This document shows, in pieces, positions 37,693 to 46,780 of a stretch of DNA of 64,000 nt. Every line of letters starts with the position of its first letter. Position 1 is the stretch's first letter. The stretch is from a virus. Made by a program: the position numbers and the translations under genes. Location of the stretch: positions 32,001 to 96,000 of the IMG/VR virus record IMGVR_UViG_3300012953_000019; one strand, 5' to 3'. Below the pieces are notes generated by a model. It searched no databases. It was not told the DNA's origin and saw only the letters and a list, made by a program, of their open reading frames with translations.

Positions 37693-38314
37693 AATATTTC
37701 TGTCTCAAATTTACTTTTGTTTCATTTTGTCCATTCAACAATACAATAGGATATTCTGGTTTTATTTGAAATTCTCTTGGTGAAGTATCAGTGTCTTGAT
37801 CCACTCCACATAGGAAAGAATATATCATACCTTTAGGAAAAGTATGCTGTATTAACTTTTCATGATACAGAAACCAATCATCATTGTCGTTATATTTAGT
37901 CATGTAGTAATACGGATTTTCTATCCAGTGATCAAATATGTATTTACAATCTTTTGAATTCCATGTCATAACAGAAGAATTAAACTCACTACCAAAATCT
38001 TTCCAATATGTTTTACATATCGTGGGGTGCTTACAATATTTAAAAAATATATCTACATCAGATTGTAACACAATATCTAGGTCTAAGTAAAGAACTTTAC
38101 CAATATTTGTTAGACTAAATAGTTGTATCTTTTTCCAATGACTTTCGATATCTTTATTAATGAACTTAACATCTATTTCAGGTCGAAGTAGATGGGCATG
38201 ATCTTTATCGGTTAAACAAACATAGTTATATTTGCCACCAGTGGCATCATATATTCTGTGAACATCATCTACGGTGTACTTATTTCCGTAAAGAAGCGTA
38301 AGAATAGTCTTCAA
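37661..38314 (-). CDS. Glycosyltransferase (KWGxKY-related, DxD)
   Basis: LLYGNKY, VCLTD, HWKKIQLF, YLDLDIVL and FNSSVMTW motifs. TTG start with a GGAG RBS. Confidence 0.78.
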   Translation of the reverse strand: MKTILTLLYGNKYTVDDVHRIYDATGGKYNYVCLTDKDHAHLLRPEIDVKFINKDIESHWKKIQLFSLTNIGKVLYLDLDIVLQSDVDIFFKYCKHPTICKTYWKDFGSEFNSSVMTWNSKDCKYIFDHWIENPYYYMTKYNDNDDWFLYHEKLIQHTFPKGMIYSFLCGVDQDTDTSPREFQIKPEYPIVLLNGQNETKVNLRQKYYDAFSMHKMG

Positions 38315-38331
38315 GTCTAAACTCCATGTTA

Positions 38332-38339
38332 TATAAATA
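38332..38339 (+). promoter_or_regulatory. Late promoter TATAAATA
   Basis: Exact consensus upstream of the second fibre block. Confidence 0.8.
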
Positions 38340-38366
38340 GATTACAGAACAGAGGAACTGCAATAT

Positions 38367-38693
38367 ATGGCAACGGTAAATAATATCGTGATTGATCAGG
38401 GCACTACCTTTTCATTTACGGTCAATCTTACGAATGACGATGGCACTAAGAAAGATTTGACGAATTATACCGTCACTTCTCAGATGCGTAAAAGTTATTA
38501 TACTACTACTTATACGTCATTTACCACAGCTAAAATAGCACTAGAGGGGCAGATTACCATATCTTTGACCGCCGCTCAATCATCTGCTATAAAGGCTGGC
38601 AGATATGTTTATGATATTGAGATTGCTAGTTCAACTGAAACATTAAGAATTATGGAAGGAATCGTGACTGTAACTCCTGAGGTTACCAAGTAA
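38367..38693 (+). CDS. Virion structural protein (BppU-N/Ig-like)
   Basis: IDQGTTF, DLTNYT..SQMRKSY and AGRYVYDIEI...R..EGIVTVTPEVT motifs. Confidence 0.7.
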   Translation: MATVNNIVIDQGTTFSFTVNLTNDDGTKKDLTNYTVTSQMRKSYYTTTYTSFTTAKIALEGQITISLTAAQSSAIKAGRYVYDIEIASSTETLRIMEGIVTVTPEVTK

Positions 38694-38971
38694 TGGCAGT
38701 AAAAGTAAACATACCATCAAACTCAAGTACTACTAAGGTTAGTATACCATCAACGAGTACTATTGCTACAGTTACGACTACACAATCTCAGGCAATTACA
38801 AATGCAAAGTTACAAAATTTAGCCAATATTGATACCGCAACTAATGGTTTATTGGATGGACACACTTTGGTTTATGATGAAGAAACGGGCAACTTTGTTG
38901 CTCAAGCATTAACTGCTTCCGTTGATATTGATTCATTGAATCTAACATCATTGGATGGCGGAACTTATTAG
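38693..38971 (+). CDS. Small Ser/Thr-rich fibre-associated protein ending in DGGTY
   Basis: L.NL.NID....LDGHTLVYD motif and C-terminal LDGGTY. Confidence 0.65.
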   Translation: MAVKVNIPSNSSTTKVSIPSTSTIATVTTTQSQAITNAKLQNLANIDTATNGLLDGHTLVYDEETGNFVAQALTASVDIDSLNLTSLDGGTY

Positions 38972-39030
38972 TGACTTTTTATTTCGTTATGAACAAAGAT
39001 TTCAATAAACCTAGAATGAGGAAACATTAA

Positions 39031-40293
39031 ATGGCAACAACAATTCAAATAAAGCGATCCACTGCTTCAGCCGCACCCGGAACAGGTGACTTAGCAGAAG
39101 CGGAACTCGCGTATAGCCAAGATAAAAGTAACGATGGCGCAGGTGCCATACTTTATATTGAATCCGTAAATAACGATAGTAGCCAAGTAATTCATAAACT
39201 TGGTGGTAAATTTTACACTGATATCGTTGACGGCGCAACCAATGCAAATACTGCAAATAAACTTGTAAAAAGAGATGCTAGTGGCAACTTTGCGGCTGGT
39301 ACTATTACGTTTGGCAGTCTTACTGATGGTACAATCACAGCAACTGGCTTTGTTGACGAAGATAATATGGCATCTAATAGTGCTACACTTATCCCAACTC
39401 AACAATCAGTTAAAGCATACGTAGATTCTAAAGATTTCTATGTAGACCTTGGTATAGCTGGCGATTCTGGTACTGGAGCAATTACAGATGCAGAAACACT
39501 TACTCTTACTGGTGGAACAGGTATCACAACAGCGGTATCTGGTAACGCAGTTACCCACACACTAGATAACACCGCTGTATCAGCAGGTAGTTATGGTAGT
39601 GCTACTGCTATTCCTACTTTTACAGTAGACGCACAAGGTAGATTGACAGCCGCAGGCACTGCTTCAGTTTCAACTTCATTTACTATTGCTGGTGATAGTG
39701 GTACTTCAAATGATATTGATGGTGGAGAAACTCTTACTTTTAATGGTACAACAAATGAAATAGAAACCGCAGTATCAGCAAATGCAGTTACTATTGGTCT
39801 TCCTACTAATCCAACTATTGGTGGTAATCTTACTGTTTCTGGTAACTTAACAGTATCAGGTACAACTACAACAGTTGATTCACAGAACTTGTCAGTAGTT
39901 GATCCTTTGTTTGCACTCGCATCAGGTAACAATTCATCAGATGCAGTTGACATTGGTTTTTACGGACTGTATGACACTTCTGGTTCACAAGACTTATATT
40001 CAGGTTTCTTTAGAGATGCAAATGACGGTAAGTGGAAACTGTTTAAAGATACACAAACCGTACCGACAACAGTTGTTGATACCACTGCTACTGGTTATAC
40101 TGTAGCAACTTTGGTAGCAACTCTGGAAGGTAACGTAACTGGTAATGTTACTGGTACAGTTTCAAGTATTGCAAACCACGATACAGACTCATTGAGTGAA
40201 GGATCAAGTAATCTTTACTACACATCCGCACGTTTCAATAGTGCATTTGATACTAGACTTGACGCCTCAACTATAGACGGTGGTACTTACTAA
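39031..40293 (+). CDS. Tail fibre protein
   Basis: N-terminal TIQIKRS motif; LVKRDASGNF, GSYGSATAIPTFTVDAQGRLTAA and TDSLSEGSSNLYYT; C-terminal IDGGTY. Confidence 0.8.
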   Translation: MATTIQIKRSTASAAPGTGDLAEAELAYSQDKSNDGAGAILYIESVNNDSSQVIHKLGGKFYTDIVDGATNANTANKLVKRDASGNFAAGTITFGSLTDGTITATGFVDEDNMASNSATLIPTQQSVKAYVDSKDFYVDLGIAGDSGTGAITDAETLTLTGGTGITTAVSGNAVTHTLDNTAVSAGSYGSATAIPTFTVDAQGRLTAAGTASVSTSFTIAGDSGTSNDIDGGETLTFNGTTNEIETAVSANAVTIGLPTNPTIGGNLTVSGNLTVSGTTTTVDSQNLSVVDPLFALASGNNSSDAVDIGFYGLYDTSGSQDLYSGFFRDANDGKWKLFKDTQTVPTTVVDTTATGYTVATLVATLEGNVTGNVTGTVSSIANHDTDSLSEGSSNLYYTSARFNSAFDTRLDASTIDGGTY

Positions 40294-40320
40294 TAATTAA
40301 TTATTTTTTGGAGATGTTAC

Positions 40321-40470
40321 ATGGATGAGAAATTAGTGAATCAATATATTCAAACTATGGCGGAAGAAATTAATCGCCTAACACAAGAAAATATTGTTTT
40401 GAAATCAAAGTTAGTGGTTGCTACACAATCATTGAATGCTCAGAATGAAGAAACAAAAGAAGAGGACTAA
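40321..40470 (+). CDS. Small coiled-coil protein (49 aa, not in the ORF track)
   Basis: GGAG RBS, then MDEKLVNQYIQTMAEEINRLTQENIVLKSKL...KEED*. Fills the intergenic gap. Confidence 0.6.
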   Translation: MDEKLVNQYIQTMAEEINRLTQENIVLKSKLVVATQSLNAQNEETKEED

Positions 40471-40893
40471 ATGGCTACAGTAATACGATTAAAGCGATCT
40501 GAAACAGCAAGTGATGCACCAAGCACATCAGACTTAGCTGTGGGTGAAATTGCCATAAATATGGCAGATCGTTTACTGTACTCTAAGAAAACCGACGGAA
40601 GCATAATTTCTATAGGCGATGCAAGATTACCAGAATCTTTTACTTGGTCAAACGATTTAGATTTTGGTACCTTAGCTACTGCGACTGGAGATGCTTACGA
40701 TTGGGGTGACCTCACAACTGCTTCAACTGCATATGATATGGGCGCTGTAGTAACAATAACTAATATTCATTCAGATGCGCCTGCCAGTGCAACTGCAAGT
40801 GGAACAAAAGGGGATTTAACTTTCGACTCGGACTATATGTACGTCTGTGTCGCTACTAATACCTGGAAACGTGTTGCACTTTCAAGTTGGTAA
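40471..40893 (+). CDS. Short tail-fibre-like protein
   Basis: VIRLKRS..A..PS...LAVGEIAINMAD..LY N-terminus and PASATASGTKGD...DSDYMYVCVATNTWKRVAL..W C-terminus. Confidence 0.75.
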   Translation: MATVIRLKRSETASDAPSTSDLAVGEIAINMADRLLYSKKTDGSIISIGDARLPESFTWSNDLDFGTLATATGDAYDWGDLTTASTAYDMGAVVTITNIHSDAPASATASGTKGDLTFDSDYMYVCVATNTWKRVALSSW

Positions 40894-40929
40894 GCTAATA
40901 TATATTTATAGAGAGTAAAGAGATAAACT

Positions 40930-41949
40930 ATGCCAACAAAATTACAATTACGAAGAGGAACTACGTCAGATCATTCTAGTTTTACTGGAGCGGTTGGAGA
41001 AGTAACTGTCGATACCACACTAGATACTCTGGTAGTCCACGATGGATCAACTGCCGGTGGATTTACTCTTGCTAAACTTTCAAATATAAGTGTAACAGAT
41101 TCGGGTGGTGATGGATCTCTTTCTTACAACAGTTCAACTGGAGTACTTACTTATACTGGACCAAGTGCATCAGAAGTTAGAGCGCACATTACTGCTGGTG
41201 CTGGTATTTCAGTCTCAAGTGGTGTTGTTACATTAGATATACTTGACGAAGACAATATGGCAACAGACAGTGCCACAAAAGCACCGTCACAACAATCAGT
41301 AAAAGCATATGTAGCGAGTCAAATAGCCACAAAAGATAATACAGATGAGATGACTGAGGGGTCAACTAATCTTTATTTTACAAATGCAAGAGCAGATGCT
41401 AGAATTTCAAATGCTTTAATTGACGAAGATAATATGGCAAGTGACAGTGCCACTAAACTTCCAAGTCAACAATCAGTAAAAGCATATGTTGATGCACAGA
41501 CAACAGATGAAACTGCGGAAGGTTCATCTAATTTATATTACACTAATGCCCGAGTTAATTCACAAGTAGATTCATATCTCAATGCAGGAACTGGTATAAC
41601 TCTTGCTGGTAGTGGCTCTATTGCTGTTAATACCACTGTTATACCAACAGTAACCGCAATGAACACTGCTATCTCAACCGCAACCGATGCGCTAGTTGAC
41701 TCAGCACCAGGTGCATTGGACACATTAAACGAATTAGCGGCTGCTTTAGGCGATGACGCAAACTTTAGCACAACAGTAACAAACAGTATAGCAACAAAAG
41801 CACCACTTGCTAGTGCGGCTCTTACGGGTACACCAACAGCACCAACAGCTAGTACGGGTACAGATACCACACAATTGGCTACTACTGCATTTGTGAAACA
41901 AGAAATTGATGCACTCAAGGCACTCTTGTATGCATATGATCAATCATAA
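40930..41949 (+). CDS. Tail fibre protein (Mtd-N-like N-terminus)
   Basis: LQLRRGTT..H..FTGAVGEVTVDT...LVVHDG, APGALDTLNELAAALGDDANF and ALTGTPTAPTA..GTDTTQLATTAFV motifs. Confidence 0.8.
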   Translation: MPTKLQLRRGTTSDHSSFTGAVGEVTVDTTLDTLVVHDGSTAGGFTLAKLSNISVTDSGGDGSLSYNSSTGVLTYTGPSASEVRAHITAGAGISVSSGVVTLDILDEDNMATDSATKAPSQQSVKAYVASQIATKDNTDEMTEGSTNLYFTNARADARISNALIDEDNMASDSATKLPSQQSVKAYVDAQTTDETAEGSSNLYYTNARVNSQVDSYLNAGTGITLAGSGSIAVNTTVIPTVTAMNTAISTATDALVDSAPGALDTLNELAAALGDDANFSTTVTNSIATKAPLASAALTGTPTAPTASTGTDTTQLATTAFVKQEIDALKALLYAYDQS

Positions 41950-41960
41950 GGCGGTTTTAA

Positions 41961-42926
41961 ATGGCATTATCAAGTAGACAAGGACTTATAGACTATTGTT
42001 TAAGACGCTTAGGTTTTCCTGTAATCGAAATTAATATTGACGATGATCAGATAGAAGACCGAGTGGATGATGCTTTACAATTATTTCAAGAATATCACTT
42101 TGATGGTGTAGAAAGAACTTATGTAAAGCATCAAGTTACAGGTTCTACATTAAATATATCTACTTCAATTGCAAGCAACTTTAGTAATGGAGAAACTTTA
42201 ACTGGTGCAACTAGTGGAGCAAAAGCAATTTTAGTTAGTGGAACTGGTACTGCTTTTACTATAGATAATATTGTAGGCACATTTACTGCTGGAGAAGTTG
42301 TTAATGGTTCAGTAAGTGGATTATCTGCCACACTAACATCTTCTGGTCATTACACCGCAGGCGATATGGAAAATGGATATATTCCTATAGGCAATGAGAT
42401 TTTAAGCATACAAAGATTATTCCCAGTTGGACAAAATGATGCTACAACTGGCACAAATAATATGTTTGATCTTATGTATCAATTTAGATTAAATGATATG
42501 TATAGTCTGCTAAGTGCTGACCTGACGTATTACACCATGGTACAAAGTCATTTAACAACACTGGATCAAATGTTTGTCAATCAAAGACAGATACGTTGGA
42601 ACAGAAAAACTAATAGACTTTATATAGATACTGATTGGGATATAACGTTTGATGTAGGAGATTACGTTATTGCAGAAGCATATGCAATCTTAGATCCAGA
42701 AACATATACAGAAGTATATGATGATATGTTCTTAAAGAAGTATCTCACTGCATTGTTGAAAAGACAATGGGGAGAAAACATGAAAAAATTTGGTGGAATA
42801 CAATTACCGGGTGGAGTAACTTTAAACGGAGCAGAACTTTTTCAAGAGGCAGTCGCTGAAATCGCACAGATAGAAGACGAAATGCAAATGAAATATGAAT
42901 TGCCACCGTCATTTATGGTGGGATAA
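41961..42926 (+). CDS. gp13: Neck protein gp13 with an inserted domain
   Basis: LIDYCLRRLG.PVIEIN.DDDQIEDRVDDALQ.FQEYHFDG and KRQWGENM.KF.G.QLPGGVTLNG motifs. Confidence 0.92.
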   Translation: MALSSRQGLIDYCLRRLGFPVIEINIDDDQIEDRVDDALQLFQEYHFDGVERTYVKHQVTGSTLNISTSIASNFSNGETLTGATSGAKAILVSGTGTAFTIDNIVGTFTAGEVVNGSVSGLSATLTSSGHYTAGDMENGYIPIGNEILSIQRLFPVGQNDATTGTNNMFDLMYQFRLNDMYSLLSADLTYYTMVQSHLTTLDQMFVNQRQIRWNRKTNRLYIDTDWDITFDVGDYVIAEAYAILDPETYTEVYDDMFLKKYLTALLKRQWGENMKKFGGIQLPGGVTLNGAELFQEAVAEIAQIEDEMQMKYELPPSFMVG

Positions 42927-42933
42927 ATAGAGC

Positions 42934-43671
42934 ATGGCTACTAACTTTTATTTCCAAAATGGCGACACTTCAGGAACAACTTCAGAACAAAGGCTAGTAG
43001 AAAGCCTTGTTGTAGAAAGTCTGAAGATTTACGGTCATGATATTTTCTATTTACCTAGAACTTTGGTAAACAGAGATACTATCTTTGATGAAGATGCGCT
43101 ATCTAAATTCACACAATCTTATCCTCTAGAGATGTATCTTGAGAATGTGGAGGGGTTTGAGGGTGAAGGAGATATATTCCAAAAGTTTGGTATTGAGATA
43201 AGAGATTCTGCGACATTTGTTTTAGCCAAAAAACGTTGGGATGATCTAGTAGACACTTCGGGTGGTACATTCCAATTAGAAGCAAGACCAGCAGAAGGAG
43301 ACTTGTTGTATTTTGCTAAGACAGGATCATTATTTGAAATTAAATTTGTAGAGTTTCAAAATCCATTCTATCAACTAGGAAAAATATACGTATTTAGATT
43401 ACAGTGTGAGTTGTTCGAATACAGTTCAGAAGCACTTGACACTGGTAATACAGAAATAGATGCAATCGAAGATGGTAATTCACTAGACACATTCTTGTAT
43501 CAATTGAAGACTGAAACAGGTGATAATCTATTAACAGAAACTAGGGATGCACTTATCAAGGAAGATTTTGCAACTAATAAAACTAATGCAAACACAGATA
43601 ATGCAGACTTCATGAACTTTAGTGATATACTTGACTTTACTGAAGTAAACCCATTTGGTGAGGTAGGCTAA
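42934..43671 (+). CDS. gp14: Neck protein gp14
   Basis: EQRLVESLVVESLKIYG.D..YLPR, EGDIFQKFG.EIRD, RPAEGDLLYF and PFYQLGK motifs. Confidence 0.93.
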   Translation: MATNFYFQNGDTSGTTSEQRLVESLVVESLKIYGHDIFYLPRTLVNRDTIFDEDALSKFTQSYPLEMYLENVEGFEGEGDIFQKFGIEIRDSATFVLAKKRWDDLVDTSGGTFQLEARPAEGDLLYFAKTGSLFEIKFVEFQNPFYQLGKIYVFRLQCELFEYSSEALDTGNTEIDAIEDGNSLDTFLYQLKTETGDNLLTETRDALIKEDFATNKTNANTDNADFMNFSDILDFTEVNPFGEVG

Positions 43672-44675
43672 TGTTTAAAGATAAACAATTTTATCACTCT
43701 ACTACAAAGAAAGCCATTATTGCATTTGGTACAATCTTTAGTAACATACAGATCGAAAGAAAAAACTCTGCTGGTGAAGTAGCACAGTCAATAAGAGTAC
43801 CTCTTGCGTACTCACCAAAACAGAAATTTCTGTCTAGAATTGCGGCTATACCAGATATAGAATCTAGAGGCGAAGTTGCAATAACATTACCTAGAATTGG
43901 GTTTGAAATTACTGGTATCGCATACGATCCTAATAGAAAAATTTCTCCAATCAATAAGAATGTTGCATTACATACAGACAGCACTCTTACTGCTAGAACT
44001 AGTTTTGTATCAACACCATATGATTTAAATATAACTCTGTACTCTTTTGCAAAGAATCAAGAAGATGCTTTACAAATTGCAGAACAGATAATGCCACATT
44101 TTAATCCAGATTTTAATGTAACTGTAAATGATTTACCTGAAATGGGTATTAAAAGAGATATTAAAATTATATTGGACAGCATTACATACGAAGATCAATA
44201 CGAAGGTTCGTATTCCGGTGATAGACAAAGTATTATATGGTCTTTTAATTTTACTATGAAATTAAATTATTATGGCTATGTAGGCACACAAGGAATGATT
44301 CGTAAAGTTATTGCATCTACTTGGCAAAATCCCGAACTATTGGGCGAATATGTAAAGCAAACTTATTCTGTAGAAAATGTAAAAGCAACAGCAACTGCCA
44401 CAATTTCTGGTGATGCAGTCAATGCTGTTAATATAGTGTATAGTGGTGATCAATACACTTACGCACCAAATGTTACGTTCTCAGCTGGTAATGCTAGAGC
44501 GACAGCCGTATTAGGAACAGATGGCAAAATAAAATCTATAACAGTAACCGATGGTGGTTCTGGTTATAGTACTGCTCCCACAGTAGATATTGAAGCACCA
44601 GAAGGATATCAAGAGTTCCCTGGACCAGCAGATGCATATAGATTTGTGGAAGAGTTTGAACAGGAATTTAAATAA
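43671..44675 (+). CDS. gp15: Tail sheath stabiliser/terminator gp15 with an inserted beta-repeat module
   Basis: FYH...KAIIAFGTIF, VPLAYSPKQKFL, LPRIGFE and EQIMPHFNP motifs. Confidence 0.92.
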   Translation: MFKDKQFYHSTTKKAIIAFGTIFSNIQIERKNSAGEVAQSIRVPLAYSPKQKFLSRIAAIPDIESRGEVAITLPRIGFEITGIAYDPNRKISPINKNVALHTDSTLTARTSFVSTPYDLNITLYSFAKNQEDALQIAEQIMPHFNPDFNVTVNDLPEMGIKRDIKIILDSITYEDQYEGSYSGDRQSIIWSFNFTMKLNYYGYVGTQGMIRKVIASTWQNPELLGEYVKQTYSVENVKATATATISGDAVNAVNIVYSGDQYTYAPNVTFSAGNARATAVLGTDGKIKSITVTDGGSGYSTAPTVDIEAPEGYQEFPGPADAYRFVEEFEQEFK

Positions 44676-45106
44676 TGACAAATAAAGTATTCGATGCTCT
44701 GGATAAAACTTTTCAAGTTAGTCAGACTAAAACAGATGAACCAAAAACTCCTGCTATTGTTATAGACTCAGAAGATAGTGTTGAGGGTGACTTTGAAGAA
44801 GCTAGGCAAGCACTTAAAAGATCAATGTCTTACAACGAAGAAGCTATACAAGGCATTTTAGGTATAGCACAGAACAGTGACAATCCTAGAGCATTTGAAG
44901 TTGCGGGTCAACTTATCAAATCTATGGCTGAAGGTGCTAAAGATATTATGGAAGTACAAGAAAAGAAACAAAAGATTGACAAAGTAAATGGCAATATAGA
45001 TCCAAGCAATGTCACTAATAATAATCTTTTTGTTGGTAGTACTTCTGATCTTCTTAAAATGATTAATAAACAGCAAGAGAAAACGGTAGAGAATGACACA
45101 GATTGA
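44675..45106 (+). CDS. gp16: Terminase small subunit gp16
   Basis: DFEEAR, PRAFEVAGQLIK and NVTNNNLFVGSTSDL motifs. Confidence 0.92.
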   Translation: MTNKVFDALDKTFQVSQTKTDEPKTPAIVIDSEDSVEGDFEEARQALKRSMSYNEEAIQGILGIAQNSDNPRAFEVAGQLIKSMAEGAKDIMEVQEKKQKIDKVNGNIDPSNVTNNNLFVGSTSDLLKMINKQQEKTVENDTD

Positions 45107-46727
45107 AACCTCATATCACGGTAATCCAAATCTAAAACCGGTAGGGTATCAACACGATTTTACTCAAGAACAAATTGAAGAGTATTTGAAATGTAAAGAT
45201 GATGTGATCTATTTCATCGAAACTTACTGTCAAATAGTAACTTTGGACCAAGGCTTACAGCCATTTAAACTTTACGATTGTCAAAAAAGAAAAGTAGAGT
45301 TTATCATGAAAGAGCGCAAAGCGATTCTCATGGAAGGCAGACAGCAAGGTAAAACAATTACAGCCGCAGCCTGTATATTACACTATAGTATATTTAACGA
45401 TAGTAAAACTATTGCTATTATGGCAAACAAGACTGCCGCTGCCCGAGAAGTTCTATCTCGTTATCAGATTATGTATGAACATCTACCTATATGGATGCAA
45501 CAGGGTGTTAAGACTTGGAATAAAGGTAACGTAGACCTAGAAAATGGATCAGTAATATTTACTGCGGCAACAACAGCCTCTGGTATTCGTGGTAAATCTG
45601 TAAACTGGTTGTACATTGATGAGGCTGCCATCATACCAAACAACGTAGCAGATGAATTTTTTACTTCAGTATATCCTACAATTTCTGCTGGTGACACTAC
45701 AAAAATTCTACTTACTTCTACGCCACTTGGATATAACCATTTTTGGAAATTCTGGAATGAATCTAAAAAAGGATTAAATGGATTTGAGAATATGTTTATA
45801 CCATATTCAGAAATTCCAGGAAGAGATGAGCAGTGGGCAGAAGAGCAATTCAAACTTTTAGGAGAATTAAAGTTTAACCAAGAAGTTCTTTGTGACTTTC
45901 TTGGTTCATCTAACACATTAATAAGTGGTAAAGCATTGGGAATGATGTCTTCATATGACCCAATATACACAAAAGATGGATTAGATATATATGAAGAACC
46001 AAAAGAAAATAAATACTATGTTGTGGTAGTAGACACCTCTAGAGGTATTGGTGGAGACTATTCGGCATTTACATTATTAGATATAACTGAGATGCCTTTT
46101 AAGGTAGTGGGTAAGTATAGAAACAATAAAATTTCACCACTACTTTATCCAAATATTATTGGTAAAGTTGCATCTGATTACAACAATGCATATGTTTTGA
46201 TAGAAACAAATGATATTGGACAACAAGTATCAGATATACTTCATCAAGAATTAGAATATGAAAATATATTTAGTACAGTTTCGGAGAATAACAAACAATA
46301 TGTTTCTCCTGGATTTGGTAAGAAGAGTACTTTAGGTGTAAGAACATCAAAAGCAGTAAAACGACAAGGATGTTTTGCTCTAAAAGCACTTATTGAAGAA
46401 CAAAAGTTACTACTTTTCGATGCCGACTGTATTAGTGAGATGTCTACCTTTGTAGAAAAAAGTGGTACCTTTGTAGCAGATGAAGGTTATCACGATGATT
46501 TAGCCATGACCTTAGTGTTATTTGCGTGGCTTAGTACGAATACATTTTTTAAAGACTTAACTAATGTTGATATTAGAGAAAATCTTTATAACTCTGAGAT
46601 GAGAACAATAGAAAAAGATTTGACTCCATTCGGTATTATAGATGATGGTCAGAAAGAAGAAGTGTTTGTAGCAAGTGGTGATGTGTGGATGTGGGCAGAC
46701 GAGAAAGAGAAATATGGATTATTATAA
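45093..46727 (+). CDS. gp17: Terminase large subunit gp17
   Basis: YHGNPNLK, Walker A RQQGKT, Walker B LYIDEAA, STPLGYNHF, DTSRGIGGDYS and HDDLAM motifs. Confidence 0.97.
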   Translation: MTQIETSYHGNPNLKPVGYQHDFTQEQIEEYLKCKDDVIYFIETYCQIVTLDQGLQPFKLYDCQKRKVEFIMKERKAILMEGRQQGKTITAAACILHYSIFNDSKTIAIMANKTAAAREVLSRYQIMYEHLPIWMQQGVKTWNKGNVDLENGSVIFTAATTASGIRGKSVNWLYIDEAAIIPNNVADEFFTSVYPTISAGDTTKILLTSTPLGYNHFWKFWNESKKGLNGFENMFIPYSEIPGRDEQWAEEQFKLLGELKFNQEVLCDFLGSSNTLISGKALGMMSSYDPIYTKDGLDIYEEPKENKYYVVVVDTSRGIGGDYSAFTLLDITEMPFKVVGKYRNNKISPLLYPNIIGKVASDYNNAYVLIETNDIGQQVSDILHQELEYENIFSTVSENNKQYVSPGFGKKSTLGVRTSKAVKRQGCFALKALIEEQKLLLFDADCISEMSTFVEKSGTFVADEGYHDDLAMTLVLFAWLSTNTFFKDLTNVDIRENLYNSEMRTIEKDLTPFGIIDDGQKEEVFVASGDVWMWADEKEKYGLL

Positions 46728-46730
46728 ATA
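46723..46730 (+). promoter_or_regulatory. Late promoter TATAAATA
   Basis: Exact consensus upstream of gp18. Confidence 0.85.
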
Positions 46731-46780
46731 ATTCAAGGAACATTACACGATAACCGTAATTTAACATCGAGGAGAATAAC

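Larger units (their letters stand above)
39355..41490 (+). repeat. DEDNMA..SAT..P.QQSVKAYV module repeated in two fibre genes
   Basis: One copy near 39355 and two near 41245 and 41422, with high DNA similarity (gacgaaga.aatatggca...caacaatcagt.aaagcata). Confidence 0.85.

Noticed and set aside
31688-38314. Reading the island as a T4-type glucosyl-hmC DNA modification system
   Set aside because: No dCMP hydroxymethylase, T4 alpha/beta-glucosyltransferase (GT-B) or clear TET/JBP signature is seen here, and the context is structural and late. Kept only as an alternative hypothesis.
40903-40910. TATTTATA (late promoter consensus on the minus strand) between two fibre genes
   Set aside because: Lies in an AT-only stretch with no minus-strand gene downstream. 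A chance match is likely, though an antisense transcript cannot be excluded.
39031-41949. Possible diversity-generating retroelement or CRISPR-like repeats among fibre genes
   Set aside because: Repeats are in-frame protein modules with synonymous variation. There is no adenine-specific TR/VR pair, no reverse transcriptase and no repeat-spacer array.
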